The notes beneath the pieces were generated by a model. The model searched no databases and was not told the origin of the DNA. It saw only the letters and a list, made by a program, of their open reading frames with translations. A stretch of DNA of 63,532 bases, filler included, from Folioceros fuciformis (Eukaryota): NCBI GenBank assembly GCA_049999805.1. It is 6 parts of 5 records of this genome, joined end to end, with 100 filler letters (N's around TTAATTAATTAA, not from the genome) between each part and the next. Parts side by side here need not be neighbours in the genome. Positions count along the whole stretch, not along the records: positions 1 to 19,858 come from JBNGIO010006445.1; 5 more parts are not named here. One strand, written 5' to 3'. This document shows positions 1-13,054 of this stretch, piece after piece. Position numbers and translations under genes: made by a program. Each line of letters starts with the position of its first letter. Position 1 is the first letter of the stretch.

Positions 1-1764
1 GCCGGGAAGCGGAGTGTACAGTACAGTAGTGTGTTGTAACGAACTGGGTTGAGTTAATGCTGACCAGGGGTCAGAGGAGGAACAGGTTCCCGGTCCCGGT
101 CCCGGTCCGAGGATGAGGAGGCGGAGCCTCCCGCCACTTGGCGGCACCAAGTTCGAAAAAGCGCGAGGTTAATAAATGCAGGAAGCGAGAGGAATCATAT
201 CCCACTCCAACGCCGGTTAGGCAGGGCGCGCCACGTGGCCGGGAGTTGCGTTTCCCTTCTCTAATTTTTCCTTGTTTTTTTGTGCCCATTTCCCCCGACG
301 ACAGCAACATTTTGTCCTCCTGCCTCCGCTTCTGGCTCCTGCCTTTCCGCCTCATTCGTTGGTTGAGGCAGGCAGGCAGGCGCACTGCACTGCACCCACG
401 AAACAGGATTGAGGAGGAAGGGGCAGGCAGAGAGCTGAGGAATGCGAGAGCAATCGGATCACGGCGCCCACGCTCGCCCCTGATGTGAATGCGGCATGGC
501 CTCGTTGTGGCGCTTGGATCGGGGTCGGGGTGTAGGAAGAGGGAAAGGTCGGCGACGGGGACGGGATGTGCGGCGTCGCTGCTCCTGCTCCTGCTGGTGA
601 TGGAGATGGAGGAGAGCGTGGCACAGGCGCAGGCCCAAGCACACGCACACTCGCACGCTGCATTTGTACTGGCTGTGGCTATGGCGGCACAGGCAGGAGG
701 AGCAGTGGCTGCTGCAGGACGCAACTGCCTCTCCAGCGTGTGCGGGGTCCACGCTTCCCGCCTCCGCACGTCGGGAAGAGACTCCCGCACACGTCCTCTC
801 TCTCCCTCTTGATGCGGGGCTTGGAACAGGAAGGAACGGGAAGGAAGCGAGCGAGGAGGCCCGGCCAGGCCAGGCCAGGCGTTGTAGGAGCAGTAGCACT
901 ACCAGCACCAGCACCCGCACCAACAGCATAGGAGCAGGAGGAGGTGCATCTGGTTGCATGCCGTCTGAACCCACTTCATGTCCGCCTGCCGTGGGGACCC
1001 GAGTGCAGCACCTCGTTGCCGCTGCATCTGTCCTCTCTCTTGACGCCGCCTAGAGCCGGCGCGCAGGCGGGCTGGCCTTTGCCCCCTCCCTCGCCCGCTT
1101 GGCCCCTCGCGCGGAGCGGAAAGGAGCGGAGCGGGAAGGAGCGGAGCCGTGCGGATCTTATCGCTGCTTCCTCCTCCTCCTCCTTCTCCTCCCCCTCCCC
1201 CGGGTGTGCTGCTGTGCTGCTATGATCATGTGCCAAATCTGGAGTGGCGGGTGGTCGGGTGCGCGGATCTGCTGATTCATGCCGGAGAGCCTCCGCCTGC
1301 TAGCGACCTAATTCCCGCTCCATCGGATGCGTGCGCCTCTGAGCCTGCTCGCATTTGATGCACAGGAAGGACTCCGGGAATTGGAGTCCAGGCCGCGGAG
1401 ATTTGGAACGTGACGTTTCCTGGTTCGGCTGTCTCAGCAGATTGAAATTGCGGATGTGGAGGAGGTGGTGGCGGGGAATCTGCTGCTACGGAATTGCTGC
1501 AAGGGACGGTGTGCTGTTGTGGAGATCTAGGTGGGACTTGAGTGTGAGCAGATGGTGCATCCCTGAGCCTGAGCCTGAGGCGGCCAGGCGGTTAGAAAGT
1601 AGCTGCCAATTCTATTTTAAACAACGCCGCGCATTTTCTTCAGCTCCCTCTGGGTTGAAATGGATGTTCCTTTTGTTTACTTCCCATCCTAAATGCGCTG
1701 CTCATAGATCTTAGGTTGGAGCTGATTTCGAGGGATTAGGAAGCCTTGCCATCCCCAGCTGCGG

Positions 1765-4700
1765 ATGGCATTCGCATCTGCCGGGAAGAACGGTTCAAAC
1801 ATGGCACCTCGCACAGCTGTCAGAACGGAGAGGCCTATCACTGTTAGCTCCGCTGTGAAGCCGATCGCCACCACTCCACCACCTCCCTCGTCGGTTTCCC
1901 CTGTCCGCCCCAAGTCGGCATCTCCGTCTCCGTCTTCTGCTGGAAGACGTACATCGTCTGGAGGATTCAAGAGCAATGGCAACAATTCTTCCGGAGGTTG
2001 GTTTCTCGCTTTCCTAGCCCAACTTTGCACCCCTCCGTCTCGTGCACTTGTCATTAATCCGATGATTTGCAGCAACTGTGAGTGCCCTTGAATGCATTAG
2101 TTATCTGCTTTGTCCAACTGCGGGGGAATTGCCTGAATGTCGGTCTCTGCGATGCCCCTCATCGCTTCAAAGCTTTGGATTACTGGGGGGGTCCTTTACA
2201 AACCTGTGGGGACCACGGGGTAGTGCTCGATTATGAATGCGTTTGGGGGTAACGAGGCGGTGCATACGGATCTGGTGATTTTCGGAAACAGCTCGTCACC
2301 TTCTAACCAGGATGAGCATGCAATTTGTTTCGTAGTAGACCACACCAGTGCAATTATCTGGCGACATGTGATAGCCCATGTTGTTTGAGCGATCTGAGGG
2401 TCCAGTCTGATCAGACGGAAGAAGAAGCAGTCTCGGATTAACACTCACACACATCTTGTTTACCATTCCATGGCCTTGAATATGTTGCAGTACCGGGTAG
2501 AGTCAGGGTTGCTGTCCGACTTCGGCCCAGGAACCAGGAGGAAATGATGGCTGATGCGGATTTTGGGGACTGTGTCGAGCTGCAGCCTGAGGTACTGGGC
2601 TTTCGCTGGGAATTATGACCTCTGGAGCACTGGGAAGTCGTGGATTGTTCTCAAATCTGTATCCCTTGCTTGTTTCCTGCAGCTCAAAAGGTTGAAACTT
2701 AGAAAAAATAACTGGGACTGCGAGACATACCAGTTTGATGAAGTCCTTACTGAGACCGCTTCCCAGAAGCGTGTGTACGAAATTGTAGCAAAGCCAGTCG
2801 TTGAGGTGGGTAGATCCTGATCCTTTCACCTTCAAGTTTAATTGAGCACCTTCAGCGTGGTAGCTGAATTCTGGGGACCAAAGGGCTATCTGGGCAGCGG
2901 CTCTGACAACATGCTATGTGTTTTATGGTCGTGCAGAGTGTTTTAGAAGGATACAATGGTACTGTGATGGCATATGGACAAACGGGCACGGGTAAAACCT
3001 TCACTCTTGGGAAGCTTGGTGAAGAAGACACCTCAGATAGGGGAATCATGGTGCGAGCTATGGAGGACATACTGGCAAATGTCTCATTCGAGCATGACAG
3101 TGTTTCCGTATCCTATTTACAGGTATCTTCACAATGTTTTCCATTGAATCTTGGCTCCCGTGAGCTTGAGTGGTACGCCTTGATGTTTGGGGTGGCATTA
3201 GATGAAGCTGTCTGTGCATTTGTAGGGTAAGCATGTGGCTAACTGTTTTTCTCTTATGCCAGCTGTACATGGAATCAGTGCAAGACCTTCTTTCACCTGA
3301 GAAGGATAACATCAACATTGTTGAAGATCCAAAGACTGGGGATGTGTCCCTGCCTGGAGCGACTCTTATTGAGTTACAGGACCAAAGTTCATTTGTCCGA
3401 CTCCTACAGGCTGGTGAAAACAATCGTTTTGCAGCGAACACTAAACTCAACACTGAATCATCTCGCAGTCATGCGATTTTGCTTGTGAGTACCTATCTGG
3501 ATTGGTGGCCATGATTTCCTGATGAAAGCTCTATGAGACTTCAAGAATTACCACAATCTTACCTGTGCTATGTGTGAATTTGTGTGCTATGTAGGTGAAC
3601 GTTAAAAAGACCATAAAAAATAAACAGGATAGGGAACTTGTTGTGCTGAATGAGAATGGAGCGACAAATGTGACGTCAAATGGGACTGTCACTGCTAACG
3701 GGAATGCCAATGGAAATGGCACCATGACAACCAAAATATCGCGGACACCAAATATTCGCAGGAGTAAACTGCTTATAGTTGATCTTGCAGGGTCAGAAAG
3801 GGTTGACAAATCTGGTAGACTACTTCACCTTCAGTGAATTCGGGATGGACAACTGCTAGCATGAATGTCTGCAGTTTTGTTGGAATGGTATAACTGAAGC
3901 CCCTGGGAGCAATTTATAATGCAGGCAGCGAGGGACACACTTTAGAAGAAGCCAAGTCAATTAATCTTTCCCTGACCTCCCTTGGGAAGTGCATTAATGC
4001 GCTGGCTGAAAACAGTCCACATGTTCCAATTCGCGATTCAAAGCTGACACGGTTACTACGTGATTCATTTGGAGGTAATCTTCATGGGGATTTAGTGTGA
4101 GCTTCTTGGAACTCGTTGACTAGAGTTTCTTGTTCCAGCTACATTTTTCTGGGTAGAGGTGCAATGTTCGTTTTGCTCCCATAACCCCCAGTTTTGCATG
4201 TTCAAAATAAAAACTGTGGCTGTGGGGTTTCAGGAACTGCAAGGACCTCTCTGATTGTCACGATTGGCCCTTCGCCTCGGCACAGAGGGGAAACTGCAAG
4301 TACCATTATGTTTGGTCAGAGGGTGCGTATGTGATTTGCTCTTGTTTCAGGGGACCTTCTACTATTTGGACCAGCACCATTATAACTTCATGTTTAACTT
4401 GATGTTGGTGACAGGCAATGAAAGTCGAGAACATGGTCAAGCTCAAAGAGGAATTCGACTATAAAAGTCTCTGCAGAAAGTTAGAGACTGACCTAGATAA
4501 GTTGATCGCCGAGCATGAGAGACAAACTAAAGCTATGCTAGATGGCGAGGAAGACCTGGAGAGGAGACTTGAGGAAGCGTATGCTCTGAGGATGGAATGT
4601 GAAGGCCAGCTGAATGCTGCTCTTGATGTGAGTGCTGAGCCCTTCAACTGTACGACACATACCAGAAGTTTCCGTATCTTTCAGATTTTGACAGCATTAT

Positions 4701-7265
4701 AGCAAACTTCATTTCTGATAGTTCGATGCTTGTCACCCAACTTGGTAGGCCATGGCGGTGGAAAAGGCAAAACATGAGGAGGAGTTGCTAGAGATAAGTC
4801 AAAAGATGGAACAAGAGCTTGCTCAGAGAGAAAGGGGGCAAAAGGAGCTTAAGGAGATGGCTCAGGACGTCCATCACCAAAGCGAAAAGAAAGAGGTGAG
4901 GCTTCAAGCACGCAGCATCACAATGCATAGATGATTTGATGTGCTAGATGTTAAAGGGGCCACTCTGCTAGCTGACAACAAATGTTTACTTCGCTGTAAC
5001 AGCGGCAACTGGTTGCCGAGAAAGCAAGACTTCAGAAGGAACTTTCTGAATGTGTCCAAAACCATCAGCAGGAGCTGGCCGAAGTCACGCAGAAGGTAGA
5101 AGTGGAAAGATCCCTTCGAATCAAGGCAGAAAAAGAGCTCAAGGACTACATTTCTCGTCAAACACTTGAAAAGGAGGTGGGTTTGACGTGATTCTCGGTC
5201 AGGTCGATTATGAAGCTGGCACAAATCGGTAGACATCATGCCATTTTCACTGACAGTGGGGCCATTTTGGCTGCAGTCGAGTGATTCCGATCGCAAACAT
5301 GAAGCGGATGAGGTTTCGCATCTCAAGCGCATGCTGGAGAAGGAGTCCCAGGAACGGCAGTTGCATGAACAAGAACTATTGGCGCTGAAGTCCCAGGGGA
5401 GGAAACCCACCAATGGTTTCAAAGAGGTATGATGACCTTTCATCAGCAAGAATGTGATGGCTTCCCTGAGTAACAGATAACACGATGAACTTTTGGTGTC
5501 TCCGCACAGAGTGACGAAATTGAGCTCTTGAGGCAAAGACTGGAAGAAGAGTTGAAAGTCAGAGAGAAGCTGGAAGATGAGATCAGGGTCATGAAGGATC
5601 AACTATCAAATAGCGAGGAAAGCGATGAGGTGAGTGCTGCGCAGATGCCTTGTCAGCATCAAGGAGCAGTCAAACAACTAACTCAGATGAAAAGTGGCAA
5701 CAGGCACGGAAGGTCATTGACAAAGGAGGGTCTGGGCGAAGCTCATTCAATGGGTCAGAGTCCCCTTTGAACCTGAAGACCAATCATACAAGGGACACGA
5801 TCAATGGGCAGCGGGCCACTATTGCCAAGCTCTTCGAGCAAGGTATCCACACACTTTGCGTCTATATGATGCAGGCTGGCACGCTAGCCGCATTTGTTCA
5901 ATGCAGTTTCTAATTTCTGTGTTGCCTTCTTCTGCTTGCAGTGGGCTTGCAAAAGATTTTATCACTACTTGAATCTGAGGATGTTGATGTACGCGTGCAT
6001 GCAGTGAAGGTTGTGGCCAACCTTGCGGCAGAAGGTATGTGCAGGAGTAGTACTTTCTTTCTTGCATTGCACCTTCGTCTTGCAGTAAGTGATTTAATAG
6101 TAAGTGGGTCGCCATTCTGCGGTTGGAATGGTATGTTCACTCAAGTCTGTTGCACTTGATGAGAGTAGAAGCAAACCAAGAAAAGATCGTAGCAGCTGGA
6201 GGTCTGGGATCTTTGTTGACGCTTCTTCAGAGTTCTGAAGATGAAACCATCCGACGTGTTGCTGCTGGCGCTGTTGCAAATTTGGCAATGAACGGTGAGT
6301 CCCAGTGTTGATAACGAGCCAGATTCAGTTGTTGGAACACGAACTGGGCCTCACACAGATCTGAAGTCGGTGTCCTATTTCCTGCAGAAACAAATCAGGA
6401 GCTGATAATGGCTCAAGGTGGGATTGGTCTTCTGGCCAGGACAGCGGATGATGCGGAAGATCCGCAGACTCTTCGCATGGTTGCTGGTGCCATAGCAAAC
6501 TTGTGTGGAAATGGTGAGCACTATTTTCGAAGAACCAGACATCATGGTTCGAGCGAAGAGTCGAAAGTTGTCTGCGTTGAAGTGGATATCGCAGTCACAG
6601 TTTGATCAACACTTGGTGCCCTGTCATGTTTCTTTGTTGCAGATAAGTTGCAAGTGAAATTGAGGGAAGAAGGTGGAATACGATCTCTTCTTGGGATGGT
6701 GAGGTCCAGACATCCAGATGTCCTCGCGCAAGTAGCACGAGGGATTGCCAACTTTGCCAAATGCGAGTCTCGAGGCGCTGCTCAGGGTGTGTTTCCTACC
6801 ACAACATCGGTGAGTGCAGAGATAATGATTGAGGGCTCTGACTTTGTTTCTGGGTGTCCATGTCGCAGGGTTCAAAACTGGAAGGTCTCTACTGATTGAC
6901 GACGGAGCTTTGCCTTGGATTGTAGCCAACGCTAACAATGATGCTTCTCCCATCCGTCGCCATATTGAGCTTGCTTTATGCCACTTGGCACAACATGGTA
7001 AAATGATCTAGCCCTTTTTCATGCAATGCTTAAGGCTGCAGCAACCTATTCACTCATTCGCATCAGTTTTCCCCAACACCGTGTTGGCGTGCATTGTGCA
7101 GAAGTGAACGCCAAAGATCTGGTTGCAGGAGGGGCCCTGTGGGAGTTGGTTCGCATTTCTAGAGAGTGCTCCAGGGAGGACATCCGAAATCTTGCTCAGA
7201 GAACTCTGAACGCCAGCGGGACTTTCCAAATCGAATTGAGGAGACTCCATTTGGTGTACTCATGA
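1765..7265 (+). CDS. ARK: Armadillo-repeat kinesin (ARK / kinesin-U family), multi-exon
   Basis: Spliced exons give the kinesin motor ([31 protein letters not shown]-loop, [30 protein letters not shown]). A coiled coil and ARM repeats follow ([44 protein letters not shown]). GT-AG introns; stop TGA at 7263-7265. Confidence 0.96.
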
Positions 7266-8447
7266 TCCTCGTGGTCGTTGCAGTCGGCTAGCCTGGGAAC
7301 GTCAAAGGTGATGTATATCTAGATACGGGGGGTAGGGCCTTTGACTGGTTACATGTATCATTCTCTCTCCCGTGTTTCGTCTCTTCCTCCTGTAGTGCTC
7401 AGCTCTTCGACTGGTCTGCCGGTAAAACCCGACCGTCGTCGTCTTACCAATTTAGAGTTTTGCATAGAGAGGAAAGTCCAGTTGTACATCTGGATTGTGA
7501 TTTTCAACATAGCAACGGAGTTGAGGATATACCCTTCTCTTGTGCCGTTCATTCAGATAGAAACTTAGCGAAATGTAAGAAGTTGTCAGGAGGTGGTTTC
7601 TCACGTTGTTCTGATCAAATCCACTTCCAGGTGTGGAATCACAAATAAGATACTTGGGTGCATCTGCTGCTCCAGCGTCCGGTCTTACATATTTGCCCAC
7701 AGTGAGTACCCCTTCTTTGTATTGTTTAAGGTGAGTCGATATAGCATTACTGCCGTGGGAGGAGGATGAAGCGCCTTCTGGCTGCCCTTCGCCGCCAGTT
7801 GGTTCCGCACCCGCTTTCTCCAACGTCGGCCTGCCATGCTCCTCTCCGTCCCTTGAGGAGTTCCGGGAGGCTTCTGCAACTTTTCTTCCCAATATCCGGT
7901 GCGCCTGCTTGCCTTGGTCTCCCCGCAAGTTCCGAGTTCCGGAATGTCCAAATGCCTCCTCGTGAGACTCCGCCCGCGCCGGTAAACATATTCCGTGATA
8001 TGGTCCCATGACCATGTTGTATAGAGCCAATGGCTATCCCAACCGTGTGGGCGCAAGAGGTTACAACTTCACACCCTCCTCCGTCCCTTGCCCCTAAATT
8101 TATCCTCATCCTGAAGGAGACGAGCACTTACCATGCCTGTAGGCCCTTGGCAGTAACGAGTGTTCATGACGACGTCAATCAAATCAAACCATGACGACGT
8201 CCAGTACAGCAAACGAATTCGACCTTCGGGTAGGCCTCGGTGTGGAGGAAGACCGAGGAATGTTTCTCTGGCCACAAACGGTGTACTTACCCAGGAGGTA
8301 CATAACACCGTTCAATTCTTGGGGGGTTGCGTCGGGCCGAGCTGAAGTTCAGCTTAGGCCCGGGAATTTGCATTCGAAGGAATGCGATCTTGGGAGGTAT
8401 CGTGAACGAGGGAAGCAGTGACATGGTCCCCAGCAGGTGGAGGAGCG

Positions 8448-11280
8448 ATGGCGGTGACAGGGGGCGTTTTGGCCATGGAGGGCGTGGAGGTGCGATTGTT
8501 CCGCGTGAGTGTGGATGTTCGCAGCTTTCGCGCGAGCGCCCGGTTGCCAGGCAGGGCAGTGAATGCCTTCGTGCGGGTGGTCCTGCCGCAGTGTATCGTG
8601 AAGCTGGCCATGGCCGCGCCCCAGCCCACCAACGCGGCCAAGCTCACGGCCCCGCTGCGCACGCATCCGCCAGTGCAGGTGGCAAAGGGCACGGAGATCA
8701 TCATCCCCAACGGGTGCGCCAATGCCGTGCTGCAGCCAGGATTTGGTAGTTTCTGCGTGGGTGTATTCACGCGGCCAAGAAGGCAGGTTCTGAGACTGTG
8801 GATTCTGATGTCAGCTATGTCGCACTGGAGTTTCCCGCCTCCCCTTCAGCGCTATGTGCTGCACTCGCGGAGGAGCCTCACATTTTGGCCCAAGTTATCC
8901 ACTCTGACAGGTACTTTTGTTGGGCGGTTCATGCGGCCTGAGGGTGGCTGGAGCTCTGGCGTCTGACGTGGGTCACATGCTGCAGATTCATGGCGGACAG
9001 TGTGATAGGGGTGGCCTCCATACCTATGGCATCCCTTATGAACGAATCACGACTAGATGGATATGCCCCAGTGATGTCATCGTCGGATGCTGCTGGTGGG
9101 GCAAGGTCTCAAGGCCAGGTTGGTGGGCTTCGTTGCAGTCACGGCACGTTCTGTGAGTGATCACGGGCTAGCGATCGTGTTGGAGTTGTGGACTGAGTTT
9201 TGAGATATGGTGGCAGGTCAGTATAGGCGCTGTGAGAGTGGTCTTGGCCCTGGAAGAGGTGGGGCCTGTCACGTCTGCCCCGAAAGTGCAGAGAAAGCAT
9301 GTTGCGGAGCATGGCACAGTTCAGCAAGAACAGAAAGGGAAGGACGACGTTTTCACTTCTCACCGTGGCGGCGGGTTTGGCATAAACGCCTCTCAAGGAG
9401 GTGGTGAAAACAGGCCCCCCGTGGATCAGGAAGATGCTTCTACAGGCCTGGAAAGAAATCTGAGACAGACTCTGGAGTACGAGATGGCTTGGGAGTTTGA
9501 GATGTGGAGGAGGGCGGAAGAAGGAAAGTGGCGAGCCGATTTGAAGGATCGGGAGATGGCGAAGATGGCTGCTCTTCAAGCTGAGTGGAAGAGCCGAGAA
9601 CGTGCCCATTTCGCTGAGATGGGAAGGAGCAGGAAGGAACAGGATGCTCTGGAGGCTAAGTTGAAGTGAGACCTCTTAGCGATGTTTTCAAGCATGACTC
9701 TTTTGTTTTCCAACTCGGCTAAGGTAAAGGCTAATGAATGTTTGTATGTTGTCACCACACATTTCCTGCTTGTCCTTCGAGTAACAAGGGCACGCTGCGT
9801 TGGGCAGGACGAAGTTCTTTGAGATGGAGAAGTTGCAGCGGAAGCTTGTGCGAGCGCAAGAGGCAGCCATGCTCAGGAAGGATGCCCTCGAGCGAGAATA
9901 TTCCCAGCAAGTTACTGATGCAGAGGTCTGAGATGTCTGTGGTGGATAAAATTGTTCTTTGTTATTAGCTACGCGAGCCAGAACTGACCTGCAGCGGCTC
10001 GCAGGTTGCGGTGAAGAGGCTACAATATGAGTGTGAACATCGAGTGCAGCTTGAGCAGAGCAAGTACACCTCACTGCTGGAAGATCATGCAGTTCTGGAG
10101 AAGAGATTAGGTGTTGTTAACAAGGCTCTTACGGGACTGGAAAAGCAGTTTGCTGAATATAGGGCTGCACAGCAGGAGACATGTGAAGCGGACTTGTGTG
10201 CCCAGGCTATGGTCTTGAAGCAGCAGTCCAATGATTTGAGTGCGAGATTGGAGGCAGCAGTGCGGTCTAAGGAGGAGTACAAGTCTCAGGTTAGCAGCTG
10301 GTGTGCCTCCTACAATTTTGCATGTGCAGGTACGGCTGGAAAACCGGGCGTCAATTTTTTAGTTCTGTTGCCTTTTCTGTGTGAAGGTTCGGCGGATGGC
10401 GAAAGAAATGGCGAGCTTTTACCGTGAGCAGCTCAATCTGAACGAGAGGAAGTCCACGGCTTGCCCGTCGTATGGTCTCACTCAGAAGCAGAAGCATAAG
10501 CAGAGGCAAGAGCAGGATGTAGAGCATGTGAAGGACCAGGTGGAAAGGTTACATCTGTTTGAACAAACAGCCGTCACTGCAGCAACTGCGGCGGCTGCTG
10601 CTGCAATGGCTGCGGTTTCGGGGCAGATGTCTCCTCCATTTAGGCAGTGTGAAGCCAATGGTGCTGGGCCTCCCATTTCTAAGAGAGGCAAGCTGGGCAA
10701 AGGCGATGTTCCTGGAAAGTTAGAAAGTGTTGCCCAGCAATCTGAGGATGTGGCATTCCGAATCCCACTGCCCAACTGTAGTCATCTGGGCGAAGAGCCG
10801 ACATTTGCTAGGCCAGCTGTTGTGGCATCTGTATTCCCACTGCCCACCTCTAATCGTCTTGGTGAAGAGCCAACATTTGCAAGGCCAGCCAGACCAGCCT
10901 TGGCAAAGCAAGCTCTGGACAAGCCTCGGGTGGGCACACCCCAGGAAAACACATCAGAACACACGAAGCAGGCTGGGGTCGAAAACTCTGCAGAGGGACC
11001 CAGGAGTCCTGAGACTCGGCAGCCCTTAGTAGAGATGGGCCAAACCCGCAGGGAGCCAGAGCCTGATGAGATGCAAGTCCAGAAGGCTGCAATTCGCAGG
11101 TTCAGCGACGTGGAAGATGACCTGATTGACGAAGAAGGGTCTGAGGCACCTCTCAAGGAGAAGGAGATCCGCAGACTGAGAAGGCAGAGATCAGAGCTCC
11201 TTGATACTGGAGTCTACAGTGTATCCGACCCGATCGTCAGGGGACTGGACGTGGAAATCAGACGGTTGCAAGCTGGTTAG
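8448..11280 (+). CDS. CEP120: Centrosomal protein CEP120-like (C2 domain + coiled coil), multi-exon
   Basis: FRVSVDVRSF..PLRTHPPVQVAKGTEIIIPNG..YVALEF..LEEVGP matches the third C2 domain of CEP120. LEYEMAWEFEMWRRAEE..MAALQAEWKSRER and the C-terminal RSELLDTGVYSVSDPIVRGLDVEI match its conserved coiled-coil and C-terminal motifs. The start codon is uncertain (8448 or 8475). Confidence 0.85.
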
Positions 11281-13054
11281 CATGGAGAAACATCCTTGGC
11301 TAGAGGTGAGACTTGCTCAGAGGCCGTCGATTATCACGATTTATTCTTCCAATAATCACCAGTTTCTGTCGTGAACCAACAACCCAAGATTGTCATAACG
11401 CGAGTGTCAGACACTCGTCGTGAGTCCTCCCGGAACCCACATGGTCGGGAGCCGACAGAGCAGCCTCGTATCGGAGGTTGCTGCACCTGTAGGAAGGAAG
11501 GGACGAAGGAGAGTGGCTCCTGCACCCCTCAGATCCTGGTTCCACTCCAAGCCCAATTGTCCATACTCGATTCCTGCCGTATACCGTGTACGCTCTGCCG
11601 ACACCGACAGGGCCGGGCCCCGCATAGCACTCCCTGATGTCGTGGTCCAGGGACTAGTGACAGTTAAAGTGGTTGGCCCACCTCGTCTCTTCCGCATGCC
11701 AAATCTTCCGTACAGGACACGATTCGTTACTCTCTAGTAAGAGAAACGACAAAGGCGTCAAGCTCAGACCACGCCCTACGAATTTGGCCCATCCCTGTTC
11801 GTATTCACAAAGAGCCCATCCTCGCTTGTCCTAAGCTTGTCGAACAAACTCCATGGATCATGGAATCTGGGTAGAGTAGAGCGGACGATTTCTCCCCGGA
11901 TTGGACAGAATTGGAACCAAAAAAAAAGGATTAGTCGTCTTCAAGTTTGTAAATCAAGACATGGATTGCAGAGAGCCTTTCTCATCCCATGCTTGTTTCG
12001 AAAGTGGTACCCATTAGGCCCAGCCCTTGATTCCTAGCTCTTTAGTGCATTGTCCCTCGTCTCTGCTGGTTTTAGTGATCGTTTTCTTTCCTCCATGCTT
12101 TTGGTTCAGTTAAGTCTCCACATCACCAAGCAAGCAATCCTTTGTATGTTGGTTGCAGGGTGTGAGCAATGTGATACTAGTCCTATTGAATTGAGTGTAC
12201 GAGTTCTTTATTTTTCGTGGGTAGATAAGATTTTTAAAACAGTAGTACAAATGTGTCCATGCTACCTATCCCACCACCCCATTATGAATGAAAAGTTGAC
12301 AAGTCCATCCGCACTTGCAGGAAGGAACAACTGGAAGGCAACCTCGGCCAGCTTCACCTCAGTCCCAGTTCACCGAGACAGCGATGCCGACAGGTGGAAC
12401 GGGGGAGGAGAGAAGCGTAGACTGAGTGTTCTTGTGATCCTGAGTCATAACTCGGTTGTGTTAAACCGAGGGTAGTTTTTTGGTTTTAGCGGGAAAAGGT
12501 TTGCTTGGTTACTTCGGTGCTGCACCCGCACCTGCTGTTTCCTCCCGGTGTTCGCTCCGCCTGGCAGCTCACACGAGCACGCAATTGCTGGCTCACGACG
12601 CCTCTGGAGACTTCAGAACCTGACCAAGAATTTTCCTCCGAACCCTTGCTGTGCAGGTTATGTGCTTTGGATGCTTTCGGTGACCGACCGACTGACCGAC
12701 GGACCTACTTGAATCAGGTCGGCAGTGCGTGTCCTTCGAATGCTTGTTCTGCGCTTGCTCCAGTATGTGCCTCCACAGCTCTCTTTCGTGTCAAGCATAC
12801 TTGGTTGAGTGGCCAATCGGATGTTCCTCCAGCTTGCCGCTTGCATGCCCGATTGTCAGACTTGTCCTTTGATGTCCTGGAGGTTTGTGGTGTTGTGAAG
12901 ACATCATCAGGTTCGGGCTGCACGGCTGTCGCTCTTACCAGGTGGTGAATGACAAGAGGCCGGCCTGGCCGGCACGGAGACATTTAGCTGCAGCGGGGGC
13001 GGCGCTGGTGCGGGCCGGTTTAATTTAATGTTTGCTGGCATTCAAAAAGGCGGG

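Noticed and set aside
71-1360. Numerous overlapping ORFs on both strands
   Set aside because: GC-rich, low-complexity sequence with no recognisable domain. Probably promoter/5' UTR of ARK and of a neighbour; a palindromic G-box GCCACGTGGC at 230-239 is too common to call alone.
7452-8308. Minus-strand ORFs up to 192 aa between ARK and CEP120
   Set aside because: No convincing family motif or consistent exon chain; cannot be supported as a gene.
11334-11740. LYGRFGM on the minus strand, resembling a family-B DNA polymerase motif
   Set aside because: No flanking polymerase motifs; judged coincidental.
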